A stretch of DNA of 62,976 bases, the filler included, from an uncultured Synergistales bacterium (lineage in GTDB: Bacteria; Synergistota; Synergistia; Synergistales; Aminobacteriaceae): NCBI GenBank assembly GCA_937897575.1. It is 4 parts of 4 records of this genome, joined end to end, with 100 filler letters (N's around TTAATTAATTAA, not from the genome) between each part and the next. Parts side by side here need not be neighbours in the genome. Positions count along the whole stretch, not along the records: positions 1 to 30,308 come from CALCQG010000043.1; 3 more parts are not named here. One strand, 5' to 3'. Every line of letters begins with the position of its first letter. Positions within the stretch are counted from its first letter, which is position 1. Position numbers and translations under genes: made by a program. A model generated the notes under the pieces. It was not told the origin of the DNA and made no database searches. It worked only from the letters and a program-made list of their open reading frames with translations. Of the stretch, positions 1 through 9,793 are shown one piece after another.

Positions 1-11
1 AATTTTCTCAT
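1..11 (-). CDS. 5' end of a gene running off the window (MRK...)
   Basis: Minus strand reads GGGAGG-ACGGC-ATG AGA AAA just downstream of the pheT stop. Confidence 0.45.
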
Positions 12-43
12 GCCGTCCTCCCTGTTTGCACAGGGGCTCTCCG

Positions 44-2464
44 TCAGCTCCGGAACTCGCCCCCGAGCTTCTTTTTCAGTTTACCGGCGATCCGCTCCAT
101 GTTCTGTTCCACCTGCTCCGACGTGAGGGTCCCCGTGCTGGAACCGAGCCACACCCGGAAGGTGACGGACTTTTTCCCCGCCTCCACCTGTTTGCCCCGG
201 TACTCGTCCACGAAGCGGACGGCCCAGGCCATGGGGGCCACGATCTCCTCCACGTCGTGCCACCGGACGTTCTCGTCGAAGGTCAGGGAGAGGTCCTGCT
301 CCACCAGCGGGAAGGAGGGCAGGTGGACGAACCGGTTCTCCCGGGAGGGCAGGGGCGCGAGCTTCTCCACGTTCAGCTCGAAGAGCACCGTCTACTCCCG
401 CTTTATCCCCGCGGCCCTGGCCGACTTCAGGGCCAGGAGCCCCAGGTCCCCGATGACCTCGTCCCCGAGGAGGATGTTGAGCCACAGCTTCTTCTCGGCC
501 CATGCCGGCTGACGGACCTGCTCGAAGGACAGAGGGGCCGTCTGCACGATTCTGGGCATGTACTCGAGCACGCCTCTGGCCTCCCGGAAGAGCTTCTCCG
601 GGTCGTCGCCCACGAAGGCGGCGCCGAGGTGCCGGTCCTGAGACGGCAGCGCCTCCCGTTCGTCGTTGGGGCTGAAGTACCCGTCGTCGCGGAAGACCTG
701 GGTCAGCTCGAAGATCCTGAAGGCGTCGAAGTACCGGAGGTTCGTGAAGACGCTCTTCAGCAACCCCGGCACGAGGTTCGACCGTACGCGCCCCTCGTCG
801 GGGGCCGGCGGGTTCTGGAGGGACAGCATGGCGCGCTCGTCCTCCCCCGCCGCGGCGATGTACTCGTCGCCGATCCAGGGGTAGGTGAAGACCTCCTGAA
901 GACCGCACCGGAAGGCGAGGTACTCCCTGATGTGACGCTCGAGCTCGACGGCCCGCTGGTTCACCGGTGCGGACAGGGTGATCTGGGGAGGGCGGAAGTC
1001 GAAGTTCTCGTACCCGATCAGCCGGGCGATCTCCTCCAGGATGTCGTCGGGCAGGGAGATGTCGCCTGTGGAGCGCCAGGAGGGCACGGAGACGTGGAGC
1101 AGATCCCCGTCTACGGTCGCCGTGAAGCCGAGGAGGGAGAGGATGTCTCTCGCCTCGTCGCCGGCGATGTCCTTGCCCAACCGCCGCCGGAGGAAATCCA
1201 GGGAGACGTCCACCTGGGCGCACTCCAGGGGACGGGGGTAGGTATCCGTGTACCCCGATACCCTCGCCTCGGGAAGCAGATCGCGGAACATGGTCGAGGA
1301 GAGGGCGAGGGCCTGGTCCACCCGCTGAGGGTCCATGCTCTTCTCGTACCTGGAGGACGCCTCCGTCCGAAGATCGAACCGCTGGGCCGTCCTCCGGATC
1401 GCAAGGGCTTCGAAGTTGGCCGCCTCGAGGACGATCTCCGTCGTCTCGGGGAGGATGGAGTCCCTCTTGCCCCCCATGACGCCGGCCAGCCCGAGAGGGG
1501 ATCGCTCGTCGGCGATCACGAGGTCCTCGCCCGTAAGGTTCAGGATCTCCCCGTTCAGGAGCTCGAGGGTCTCGCCCGGCGCGGCGGGACGAACCCGGAT
1601 GCCGCCGTGGACATGGGACCTGTCGAAGCCGTGGGTGGGTTGCCCTGTGGCGAGCATGACATAGTTCGTGATGTCCACGAGGAGGTTGATGGGGCGCATC
1701 CCCACCTTCCAGATGCGGCACTGGAGCCAGTAGGGCGACGGGACGTTCCGAACGTTTTCCACCACCAGGGCGGTATATCTGGGGCACCGGTCCTGCCGGT
1801 CGATGCGGACCGGGATGCCGCTCCCCTCCTCCGGCAGCACGGCTGAAGGAAGGTCTTTCAGGGGCGTGCGGTAGATGGCGGCGAGCTCCCTGGCCATGCC
1901 GTAGTGCCCCCACAGGTCCGGCCTGTTGGTGAGGGATTTGTTGTCGATCTCGAGGATCGTGTCGTCCAGGTCGAGCACCTTCGCTATGGAATCCCCGGGC
2001 AAACCGGCGAAGCCGCTCAGGTCCATGATCTCCGCCTCGCGTGCGGCCGGAAAGAGCTCCTCCAGGCCGATTTCGCCCGACGAACAGATCATGCCGTTGC
2101 TCATGACGCCTCGCAGCTTGGTGGCCTTGATCTCCACGGGGTCACCCTCTCCGTGCCATCGGACCATGGCGCCCGGGACGGCCACAGCCACGAGCTGCCC
2201 GGGCTCCAAATTCACGCCGCCGCAGACGATGGTGCTCGGCTCTCCGCTCCCCACGTCGCAGAGGACCACCCGCAGCCGGTCCGCCTGGGGGTGGGGGGTC
2301 ACCTCGACGATCCGCCCCAGGACCACGCCCTTCAGCCCGTCGGCCAGATTTTCTGCCCCCTCCACCTCCACGGTGCTCATGGTGAGGTCGGAGGCAAGCC
2401 GGTCGACGGTCAGATCCTCGGGAAGGTCCACATAGTCCCGTATCCAGTTCAGGGAAAGTTTCAT
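44..2464 (-). CDS. pheT: Phenylalanine-tRNA ligase beta subunit, interrupted by one in-frame TAG at 392-394
   Basis: MKLSLNWIRDYV start, HPQADRL tRNA-binding domain, NRPDLWGHYG, B3/4 and B5 motifs; ORF 44..388 (FDX-ACB, DEYRGKQV..KKSVTFR) is in the same frame: ...GAG TAG ACG GTG CTC... Confidence 0.93.
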
Positions 2465-2476
2465 GATGTTCCGCTC

Positions 2477-3514
2477 CTATCTGAATTGATTGAGAAAGCG
2501 AAGGTCGGCGCTGTGGAAGAGCCGGACGTCGTCCACGCCCCACCGCATCATCACCAGACGGTCGAGTCCGATGTTGACGTAGAAGCCGGACCACACCGCC
2601 GGGTCGAGCCCCGCGGCCTTCAGCACGTTGGGGTGGGGCGTTCCGCCGGGCATGACCTCGATCCAGCCCACGTGCTTGCAGACCTTGCACCCCGTGCCGC
2701 CGCAGACCAGACAGCGCATGTCGATCTCGAACCCAGGCTCCACGAAGGGGAAGAACCCCACGCGCATGCGCACCTCAACGTCCTGACCGAAGACCTTGTC
2801 CAGGACGGTCTTCACGAGGATCTTCCCCGAGGCGAAGGAGTAGTCCCTGTCCACGATGAGCGCCTCGTACTGGAAGAAGGCCCGCTCGTGTCGGGCGTCG
2901 GTGTTCTCGTTCCGGTAGACCCGCCCGGGGTAGACGAACCGCGCCGGGGCGCCGTGCTTCTGAAGGTACCGGACGCTCGCCCCCGTGAGGTGGGGCCTGA
3001 GACAGAGTCTCTTTGCACCCCGCTCGTGCTCGCACCCCTTGAGCCAGTAGGTGTCCATGCTGTCCCGGGCCGGGTGGTCCGGGGCGAAGTTGAGGTTGTC
3101 GAAGGCGTAGAGCTCGCTCGTGATCTCGCCCTCCGAGAAGACCTCGAAGCCCAGGGAGCGGAAGGCGTCGTTCAGGTCGTAGCACATCTGAGTCACAGGG
3201 TGCAGGCCGCCCGAGGGGGGCTGAATGCCCGGCAGGGTGAGGTCCACGACGCCCTCCACGGGGGAGGCCTCGGCGAGGATATCCTCCTGGCGTCCGTCCA
3301 GGGCCCCCGTGAGGATCTCCTTCACCTCGTTGGCCGCCTGCCCGGCGGCCCGCCGTTCCTCGGGGGGGACTTTGCCCACCTCCTTGAGCAGCTCCGTAAG
3401 AGAGCCTTTTCGGCCCACGAGGGCCGCCCGCGCAAGCTGAAGTTCCTCCATGGTCTCCGCAGCGGCGATCCGCTCGAGCCCGGCGTTTTTCAGTTCGTTC
3501 AACCGTTCCAGCAT
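2477..3514 (-). CDS. pheS: Phenylalanine-tRNA ligase alpha subunit
   Basis: HPARDSMDT, LRPHLT, GRVYRNE, FPFVEPG, DLRFLNQF motifs. Confidence 0.97.
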   Translation of the reverse strand: MLERLNELKNAGLERIAAAETMEELQLARAALVGRKGSLTELLKEVGKVPPEERRAAGQAANEVKEILTGALDGRQEDILAEASPVEGVVDLTLPGIQPPSGGLHPVTQMCYDLNDAFRSLGFEVFSEGEITSELYAFDNLNFAPDHPARDSMDTYWLKGCEHERGAKRLCLRPHLTGASVRYLQKHGAPARFVYPGRVYRNENTDARHERAFFQYEALIVDRDYSFASGKILVKTVLDKVFGQDVEVRMRVGFFPFVEPGFEIDMRCLVCGGTGCKVCKHVGWIEVMPGGTPHPNVLKAAGLDPAVWSGFYVNIGLDRLVMMRWGVDDVRLFHSADLRFLNQFR

Positions 3515-3591
3515 TCGTCCAACCTCCCGATCTGTCCGTCGCGCCGCTCGCGCGCTCCCTTGGGGAGCACGCGAGCTCTTCGGCTAAAAGG

Positions 3592-5433
3592 TTATTGTAC
3601 CTGAAAATTCTCTCCCGCGGTACTTTTTCGCGACGCCCCCGACGACGCAGGCGCCTCGTCCGGTGACCCGTAGGACATGAGCTCCTCGTGCCATGCCCCG
3701 TCGTCGAGTTTTCTGCTCCACTCCCTGAGGGCGTACAGCTCCCGGACGTGAGGCTCCTTCGCGAAGTAGACCGCCAGGGCGTTCAGGCCGTCGGCGGTCA
3801 TCTGGGGGTCCCGGCGCCGCTCGCCCGCGGAGATGAGACGATAGGCCGCCTCCCGCTCCGCCTCGTCGCGCACCATGGGGCTCCGGAGCGCCCGCTCGAG
3901 GTGAGGGCTCACCGGCAGGTCCGGCGATGCGACGATGCCGAGGAGCACGGCCCTGTCCCCCCGCACGCCGTCGGCGAGATAGAGAAGCCCGGCGGCCGCC
4001 ACGAGGGAGACGGCCGCGGCGGCGACTTTGCCGCCCCGTCGGAAGGCCCGCTCCTCCGTCCCGGGGAGGAAGGGCAGCAGAATCTCCCTGTTCGTCACGG
4101 CGAAGGCCAGGGCGAGCCACAGGGCGTTCTCGACCCGGTGCCAAGGTCGGGTCCACAGGGCGTCGAAGGCGAAGAGGGCGACGAGGGCGCTCCCCCAGAC
4201 GGCCGGGGGCGAGAGAGGTATCCGGCGGACGAAGGCCGCCAGGAGGGACAGCCACCACCACCCGAAGAGCGTCATCAGCAGGACGCCCCCCGGCGTCCCC
4301 GCCTCGGCGAACCACTGGAGGTACTCGTTGTGGGCCCAGTGGGTGAAGAGCCACTTCATCCGGGGGTGGGCGGCGCGCATGGCCCGCTGGGCGTCGAGAT
4401 AGTGCCACTTGTACTGGCCGAGGCCCACACCGCTGAGGGGCGCGTCGGCGTACATCCTCCAGGAGGTGGCCCAGATCGTGTCCCGATGGGCGATGGACAG
4501 CGGGTTCGTCAGCATGTCCCCCATCTTGAGGGTCAGGATGCCGAGGCGCCCCTGGTTCAGGGCGAGGTTCGCCCCCAGGACGGCGAGGAAGAGGAGCGCC
4601 GCCGCCGCGCCCCGCTTCACGTACCGTCGGCCCCCGGTCCGGACCAGCAGGGCGGCCAGGACGGAAAACCCGATGACGTAGCCCAGGATCCCCGACCGGC
4701 TCGTCGTGGAGATCATCCCCCAGAGGGTCAGGGACTGGAGAAGGACGACGAAGGGCAACAGCCGGCGTTCGCTCCCCTCGGAGCACATCATGAGGAAGGC
4801 GCCCCCGAGCCCGCTGACGGCGAGCCACAGGGCGAGCATGTTCTGCTGGCCCGTGTTCCCCACGTAGTGCCCGGGCGTGGGGAGGATGAAGGAGTAGGAT
4901 CCCGACAGCCCCCGCACCTGCATCTCGGCGAAGAGCACGTTCACGGCCCCGGACACCAGGGCGCCCCACAGGACGGCCCGGAGGAGGGGGCGGTCCGCCA
5001 CGTGGGCGAAGAGGACGTAGGCCCACCAGAGTCCGGCGAGGACGAACCATGCCCGGAAGAAGCTCTCGGGGGAGCGGAGCCCCGACCAGAAGGGCTGCAC
5101 GGTGACGTAGAGAAGGAGGATGAGCCAGAGGACGGCAAAGCCGTCGAGCCGGAACCCCGTGGCCGTCGTGCCGCGCCTCAGGACCCTGCCCATGGCGACG
5201 AACGCCCCGAGGGCCAGGGGGACCAGGGCGGCGACCCACTTCATCAGATGGAGGGACGAGTGGAAGGAGAAACCCGAGAAGACGAGGTTCGGGACGGCCA
5301 GGGCCAACAGAGAGACGCAGACCGCGAGGGCTCGCGGAAGAAGAGGGTTCTCGCGGAGAGCGTCCCCGGCGGGGAGGAGCCCCCTCTCATCCCATGACGG
5401 CTCCCGTCCTCCGTCGCGCGGCGCCATGGCCAT
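3592..5433 (-). CDS. O-antigen ligase (Wzy_C) family membrane protein, PglL-like O-oligosaccharyltransferase candidate
   Basis: Many TM segments; GNTGQQNMLA, TSRSG, RDTIW..GVGLGQY and HWAHNEYLQW motifs; start placed at MAMAP after the dnaB stop. Confidence 0.8.
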   Translation of the reverse strand: MAMAPRDGGREPSWDERGLLPAGDALRENPLLPRALAVCVSLLALAVPNLVFSGFSFHSSLHLMKWVAALVPLALGAFVAMGRVLRRGTTATGFRLDGFAVLWLILLLYVTVQPFWSGLRSPESFFRAWFVLAGLWWAYVLFAHVADRPLLRAVLWGALVSGAVNVLFAEMQVRGLSGSYSFILPTPGHYVGNTGQQNMLALWLAVSGLGGAFLMMCSEGSERRLLPFVVLLQSLTLWGMISTTSRSGILGYVIGFSVLAALLVRTGGRRYVKRGAAAALLFLAVLGANLALNQGRLGILTLKMGDMLTNPLSIAHRDTIWATSWRMYADAPLSGVGLGQYKWHYLDAQRAMRAAHPRMKWLFTHWAHNEYLQWFAEAGTPGGVLLMTLFGWWWLSLLAAFVRRIPLSPPAVWGSALVALFAFDALWTRPWHRVENALWLALAFAVTNREILLPFLPGTEERAFRRGGKVAAAAVSLVAAAGLLYLADGVRGDRAVLLGIVASPDLPVSPHLERALRSPMVRDEAEREAAYRLISAGERRRDPQMTADGLNALAVYFAKEPHVRELYALREWSRKLDDGAWHEELMSYGSPDEAPASSGASRKSTAGENFQVQ

Positions 5434-5450
5434 GCCCCGTCCTGCGTCGG

Positions 5451-6812
5451 TCAGTAGGGCCGCTCGGCGTTGACGAACCGGGTGTACTCCCGCAGGAAGA
5501 TGAGGCAGACCTCCCCTGTGGGGCCGTTCCGGTGCTTCGCCACGTTGACGTAGGCGCGGTTGTCCTCTTCCTCGCCCGGCGCGGCGGAGTCGTAGTACCC
5601 GGGGCGGTAGAGGAGCATGACGGTGTCGGCGTCCTGCTCGATGGCGCCGCTGTCCCGCAGATCCGAGAGCTGGGGCTTCTTCTCGTTCCTGGACTCCACG
5701 GCGCGGGAGAGCTGGGAGAGGGCGATCACGGGGACCTCGAGCTCTCGGGCCACGGCCTTCAGGGACCGGGAGATCTCCGCCACCTCCTGCTGCTTGCTCT
5801 CGATCTTCTTCGACGAGTTCATGAGCTGGAGGTAGTCCACCACGATGAGCCCCAGCCTCTTGTACTGCGCCTTGAACCGGCGGCACCGGGCGCGGAGCTC
5901 GAGGGTGCTCAGCATGGAGCTGTCGTCGATGAAGATGGGCGACTGGGAGAGCCGCCCGGCCGCGTCGGCCAGGTCGTCCCAGGCCCCCTTGGGGAAGGAC
6001 CCCGTGCGGAGGTCGTGGATGTTCACCCGGGCCTCTGCGCCGAGCATTCGCTGGACGAGCTGCTCCGCCGCCATCTCGAGGCTGAAGATCAGAACGAGCC
6101 CCTTCTCCCCCACGGGCCCGCCCCCGAACTGGGCGATGTTCACCGCAAGGGCCGTCTTGCCCATGGAGGGCCGGGCCGCGACGATGTTCAGGCTGCCCGG
6201 CTGGAAGCCGCCGAAGATGCGGTCCAGCTCGTAGAAGCCCGACTCGTAGCCCGCCACGTTCTGCCCCGTGCTCTGGAACCGCTCCTCGATCTGGCGGAAG
6301 GTGACCCCAAGGACGTCGCCCACCCGCCGGAAGCTCGTGGTGTTCTTCTTGTCGGCGATCTCGAAGACCGCCTGCTCCGCCTGCTCCAGTGCCTCGTCCA
6401 CGTCCCGGTCCTCGGAGTACCCGAGCTGCACGATGGTGTTCCCCGCCGTGATGAGCCGCCGGTGGATGGCCTTGTCCCGGACGATCCGGGCATGGTACTC
6501 CACGTTCGCCGTGGTGGGAACGCTGTCGATGAGCGCTGCGACGAAGGGCTGTCCGCCGAGGCGGTCGCCCTTCCCGATGCGGGCGAGCTCCTCGAGGAAG
6601 GTGAGCGGGTCCACGGGCTTCCCCTTGTTGGCCATGTCGTAGATCACGTCATAGGCCGCCCGGTGGTTCAGGTCGTAGAAGTCCTCGGGCTGAAGAAGCT
6701 CGATGACCGTGTTCAGTGCCTCCCGGTCCATGAGGCAGGACCCCAGAGCGGCCCGCTCCGCCTCCAGGGAGACGGGGGGCAGCCGGTCCCACGACGAGGA
6801 CTGGAGGGCCAT
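5451..6812 (-). CDS. dnaB: Replicative DNA helicase
   Basis: PPVSLEAERAALG, ARPSMGKT, VVDYLQL, SDLRDSGAIEQDAD, KHRNGPTG; ATG overlaps the rplI stop. Confidence 0.97.
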   Translation of the reverse strand: MALQSSSWDRLPPVSLEAERAALGSCLMDREALNTVIELLQPEDFYDLNHRAAYDVIYDMANKGKPVDPLTFLEELARIGKGDRLGGQPFVAALIDSVPTTANVEYHARIVRDKAIHRRLITAGNTIVQLGYSEDRDVDEALEQAEQAVFEIADKKNTTSFRRVGDVLGVTFRQIEERFQSTGQNVAGYESGFYELDRIFGGFQPGSLNIVAARPSMGKTALAVNIAQFGGGPVGEKGLVLIFSLEMAAEQLVQRMLGAEARVNIHDLRTGSFPKGAWDDLADAAGRLSQSPIFIDDSSMLSTLELRARCRRFKAQYKRLGLIVVDYLQLMNSSKKIESKQQEVAEISRSLKAVARELEVPVIALSQLSRAVESRNEKKPQLSDLRDSGAIEQDADTVMLLYRPGYYDSAAPGEEEDNRAYVNVAKHRNGPTGEVCLIFLREYTRFVNAERPY

Positions 6813-7258
6813 CACTCCGCCTCGACGACCAGGGACATCTCCACCTCCACGCCGGGGTGGAGCCGGATGGAGAAGGGGTAGGAGCCCGTCTGTTTCACGG
6901 AGTCGGGGAGCCGGATCTCGCGCCGGTCCACCGCCATGGCGAGCTGGGACTCGATGGCGTCGGCCACGTTCGAGGCCGTGATGCTGCCGAAGAGCTTGCC
7001 CTTCTCCCCCGCGCTCGCCCTCACACGGACCGTCTTGCCCGAAAGGGCGCGCTGGGTCGCCCGCGCCTCGGCCAGGAGCTTCTCCTCCCTCTTCTTCCGG
7101 GACGTCTCCCTGGCCTTCCACTCCTGGACCCTGGCCGGCGTCGCCTCGACGGCGAGGTCCTTCGGGAAGAGAAAGTTCCTCGCGTAGCCGTCGGAGGTCT
7201 CCACAAGGTCGCCGGCGGCGCCGAGTTTGTTCACGTCCTGTTTCAGTATGACTTTCAT
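6812..7258 (-). CDS. rplI: 50S ribosomal protein L9
   Basis: MKVILKQDV..GYARNFLFP..GKLFGSIT. Confidence 0.97.
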   Translation of the reverse strand: MKVILKQDVNKLGAAGDLVETSDGYARNFLFPKDLAVEATPARVQEWKARETSRKKREEKLLAEARATQRALSGKTVRVRASAGEKGKLFGSITASNVADAIESQLAMAVDRREIRLPDSVKQTGSYPFSIRLHPGVEVEMSLVVEAE

Positions 7259-8214
7259 GGGTCATTCCTCCCGTACCGGGCCCGGAAGTCGAGCCACATA
7301 TCCGCTATCCCCGCCATGACGGCCACGGTGGAGAGAAGCGGTACGAACATCACAAGTATTATAGCAGCCACGGCCAGGGCTTTCCCCACGCGCCCCTTCA
7401 GCAGGTACCAGATCAGAGAGAGCCCCTGGAGCAGAAAGAGGAAGTTCAGGAGCATCCTGAGGTTCACCCCCGCACGCAGGGCGATGTTCCACGCCTCGCC
7501 TCCCCTCGCCCCGACGATGGTGAAGACCATGGAGGCGATCAGGGCGCCGAAGAGGCTCTTGGGGAACCGCCAGTGAGAGAAGGGCGGGAGCGCCGGAAGT
7601 CCCTGGCCGCCGATCCGCTTCAGGACAAAGCTGCTCACGGTGTAGCTCAGATAGCAGTCCAGGGCCGACGCCGCCGTCAGGATGGCGGGGAAGATCATGG
7701 GGATCGTCTCGATGGCCTGGGCGAACTGCTGCCGGACCGCCGCAAGGGACTCGGGGGACATGCCGGCGGACTGGTAGAGGGAGAAGATCCGGTCCACCAT
7801 GGCCTGGAACTCGACCGCGTCGAGCTGGAAGGGGTTGATCCCCGTGATCTTCGCCGCGAGGGTCATGAGCAGGAGCTTGCTCCCCAGGGAGACGAGGATA
7901 CCGTAGAGCAGGACCTCGGCACCGCTTTTGCAGCGCTTCGCGAGCCAGCCGAGCGAGACGCCAAGGACGCCGAAGCCCAGAAGAAAGAAGAGCCCCGACA
8001 GCGGCCCGAGGAAGAGGACGATGAGGGTCGTCGCGATGAGGAGGCCGAGGACGGCCATCTTCCCGTTGTGCCGGAGGCCCAGCACCACGAGAGGCGCCGG
8101 GGCGAGCAGCGAGAAGGCCAGCCCCACGAAGGGAAGGAACTCCGCCGACAGGAAGAGCACGACGGCCAGTCCGGCGAGCAGGGCCGATTCCACCAGGCTG
8201 CGGGTTGACGTCAT
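7255..8214 (-). CDS. YybS/DUF2232 family membrane protein
   Basis: Hydrophobic, TRSLVESALL N-terminus, PPFSHWRFP, GIADMWLDFR; usual position between rpsR and rplI. Confidence 0.85.
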   Translation of the reverse strand: MTSTRSLVESALLAGLAVVLFLSAEFLPFVGLAFSLLAPAPLVVLGLRHNGKMAVLGLLIATTLIVLFLGPLSGLFFLLGFGVLGVSLGWLAKRCKSGAEVLLYGILVSLGSKLLLMTLAAKITGINPFQLDAVEFQAMVDRIFSLYQSAGMSPESLAAVRQQFAQAIETIPMIFPAILTAASALDCYLSYTVSSFVLKRIGGQGLPALPPFSHWRFPKSLFGALIASMVFTIVGARGGEAWNIALRAGVNLRMLLNFLFLLQGLSLIWYLLKGRVGKALAVAAIILVMFVPLLSTVAVMAGIADMWLDFRARYGRNDP

Positions 8215-8252
8215 TGTCGGGCTCCTTTCATTCGAACACCGTCCGGGGGACG

Positions 8253-8289
8253 AAAAAACAACGGAGGAGAAGCAGGGCTCCCCCTCCGT
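8253..8289 (-). terminator. Intrinsic terminator after rpsR
   Basis: ACGGAGGGGGAGC-CCT-GCTTCTCCTCCGT followed by TGTTTTTT on the minus strand. Confidence 0.75.
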
Positions 8290-8322
8290 ACCGTGCGTAC
8301 GCGAGCGCTGCGTGCCGCTCCG

Positions 8323-8604
8323 CTAGTCCACGGAGTAGGGCAGAAGCGCGATATGCCGCGCCCGCTTGATGGCCTCCGTGAGCTGCCGCTGGTGCTTGGC
8401 GCAGTTGCCCGTCACCCTGCGGGGGACGATCTTGCCCCGCTCGCTCACATACTTTCGCAGCTTTTCAACATCCTTGTAGTCCACGTGCTCTATCTTGTCC
8501 ACGCAGAAAAAACATACCTTCGGACGCCTCTTGCCGCCCCTTCTGGGACCGCGGCCGCCCGGGCCCTGTCTTCTCTCGTCGCTGCCGCCTTCATTCGCCG
8601 CCAT
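8323..8604 (-). CDS. rpsR: 30S ribosomal protein S18 (Zn-binding form)
   Basis: [29 protein letters not shown]. Confidence 0.97.
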   Translation of the reverse strand: MAANEGGSDERRQGPGGRGPRRGGKRRPKVCFFCVDKIEHVDYKDVEKLRKYVSERGKIVPRRVTGNCAKHQRQLTEAIKRARHIALLPYSVD

Positions 8605-8640
8605 AGCACACTGCTCCTTCCTGACAACTTGGGGCCGGGC

Positions 8641-9123
8641 CTAAAAGGGGATGTCCGCATCCTCCTCGCCCTGCACCTCGGAAATATCCATGGGAAACTC
8701 CTCGTCGCCGCCGAACCGGTGATCCTTGCGGACGCTGTCGCCGAAGCCGTCGTCCTGGGGGAAGGGCGCGGGAGAATCCTCCTGCCGCCTCGACCCGAGG
8801 AAGGTCACGTCCGACGCCACGACCTCCGTGACGTAGCGCTTCCCCGACCCGTCCTTCGCCTCGTAGTTCCGGACCTGCATCCGGCCCTCCACGAGCACGG
8901 GACGCCCCTTCTTCAGATACCGTTCGCAGTTCTCCGCCGCCGCACCCCAGACCACCACGGGGATGAAATCCGTGCTCTCCTGGAGCTCGCCGTTCTTGTC
9001 CTTCCACGACCGTCCCACGGCCACGGTGAAGTTGGCCACCGCCTGTTTGCCGGCCGTGTAGCGGATCTCTGGGTCGCGGGCGAGGTTGCCCATCAGGATG
9101 ACCCTGTTAAAGCCACGCGCCAT
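8641..9123 (-). CDS. ssb: Single-stranded DNA-binding protein
   Basis: NRVILMGNLARDPEIRYT; acidic DIPF C-terminus. Confidence 0.97.
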   Translation of the reverse strand: MARGFNRVILMGNLARDPEIRYTAGKQAVANFTVAVGRSWKDKNGELQESTDFIPVVVWGAAAENCERYLKKGRPVLVEGRMQVRNYEAKDGSGKRYVTEVVASDVTFLGSRRQEDSPAPFPQDDGFGDSVRKDHRFGGDEEFPMDISEVQGEEDADIPF

Positions 9124-9135
9124 GTCCGTTCCTCC

Positions 9136-9420
9136 CTATTTCTCGTCAAGACGGACAGTCATCTGCCGGTAGATCGCCGGACGAAGACCGAGCACGCGGT
9201 TCAGTTCCACAAGCTGGCCAGGATCGAGCTCAAAGTTGCACAGAGCGTAAATCCCTTCCGTCTTCTTGTCGATGGGGTAGGCAAGGCGCCTCTTTCCCCA
9301 TACATCCATCTTGGAGACCGTTCCTCCAAGACTGCGCACGACCTCTTCGACCTTGGAGAGCTCCTCCTTGGGATCCTCCAGTTCCGCGGTCAAAAGCACC
9401 ACCATTTCATAGGGCCGCAC
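9136..9420 (-). CDS. rpsF: 30S ribosomal protein S6
   Basis: MRPYE..WGKRRLAYPI. Confidence 0.97.
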   Translation of the reverse strand: MRPYEMVVLLTAELEDPKEELSKVEEVVRSLGGTVSKMDVWGKRRLAYPIDKKTEGIYALCNFELDPGQLVELNRVLGLRPAIYRQMTVRLDEK

Positions 9421-9480
9421 GTTCCGTCACCTCCTCCCTGTGGGCTGTGTGGCCTCTCCTCCGTGGGAGAGGCAGGGAAA
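9421..9480 (-). promoter_or_regulatory. Putative S6:S18 autoregulatory leader RNA
   Basis: 5'UTR TCCCTG-CCTCTCC-CAC-GGAGGAGAGG-CCACACAGCCCA-CAGGGGA abutting the GGAGG SD: a stem with a C-rich internal loop, as in known rpsF leaders. Confidence 0.5.
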
Positions 9481-9493
9481 AACTCATCAGAGG

Positions 9494-9522
9494 ATTATAC
9501 CCTAGGGTTTCTTCCGAGGCAA
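9494..9522 (-). promoter_or_regulatory. Sigma70-type promoter of the rpsF operon
   Basis: TTGCCT-17 nt-TATAAT. Confidence 0.75.
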
Positions 9523-9792
9523 GGGACCCTCCCGAACCTCCAGCTTGTAGACCCGTTCGCCGGGGTAGGAGAAGTTGAACTGATCCCTTGCGATGTGGGC
9601 CATGCCGTCGGGGGTGCTGTAGAAGGCCACCTTCTCCCGAAGCTCCTGCACGAAACGGCTCATGGATACGAGGTCCTCCATCCGCTGGTCCACCCGCTCC
9701 GTAAGCGTGCGGATCTTCCGGATCTCCAGGAAGTAGGCCGTCCCCATGATGGTCGTGCAGAGGCCGAGGAGGATCCAGCGGAGGCGGAGCAT
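9502..9792 (-). CDS. Septum formation initiator (FtsB/DivIC-like) protein
   Basis: N-terminal TM segment, coiled coil, IARDQFNFSYPGERVY motif. Confidence 0.75.
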   Translation of the reverse strand: MLRLRWILLGLCTTIMGTAYFLEIRKIRTLTERVDQRMEDLVSMSRFVQELREKVAFYSTPDGMAHIARDQFNFSYPGERVYKLEVREGPLPRKKP

Positions 9793-9793
9793 C

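Noticed and set aside
2462..2479. pheS stop (TAG) is in frame with the pheT ATG, so readthrough would give an alpha-beta fusion
   Set aside because: One-in-three coincidence; pheS ends at its normal C-terminus and the spacer holds the AGGAG SD for pheT
3515..3591. Possible Phe T-box upstream of pheS
   Set aside because: Only 77 nt with a single hairpin; no GGTGGNACC motif or U-tract terminator
44..9420. Genome-wide reassignment of TAG to an amino acid
   Set aside because: TAG ends pheS (LNQFR), ssb (DIPF), rpsR and rpsF at their expected C-termini, so it works as a stop here
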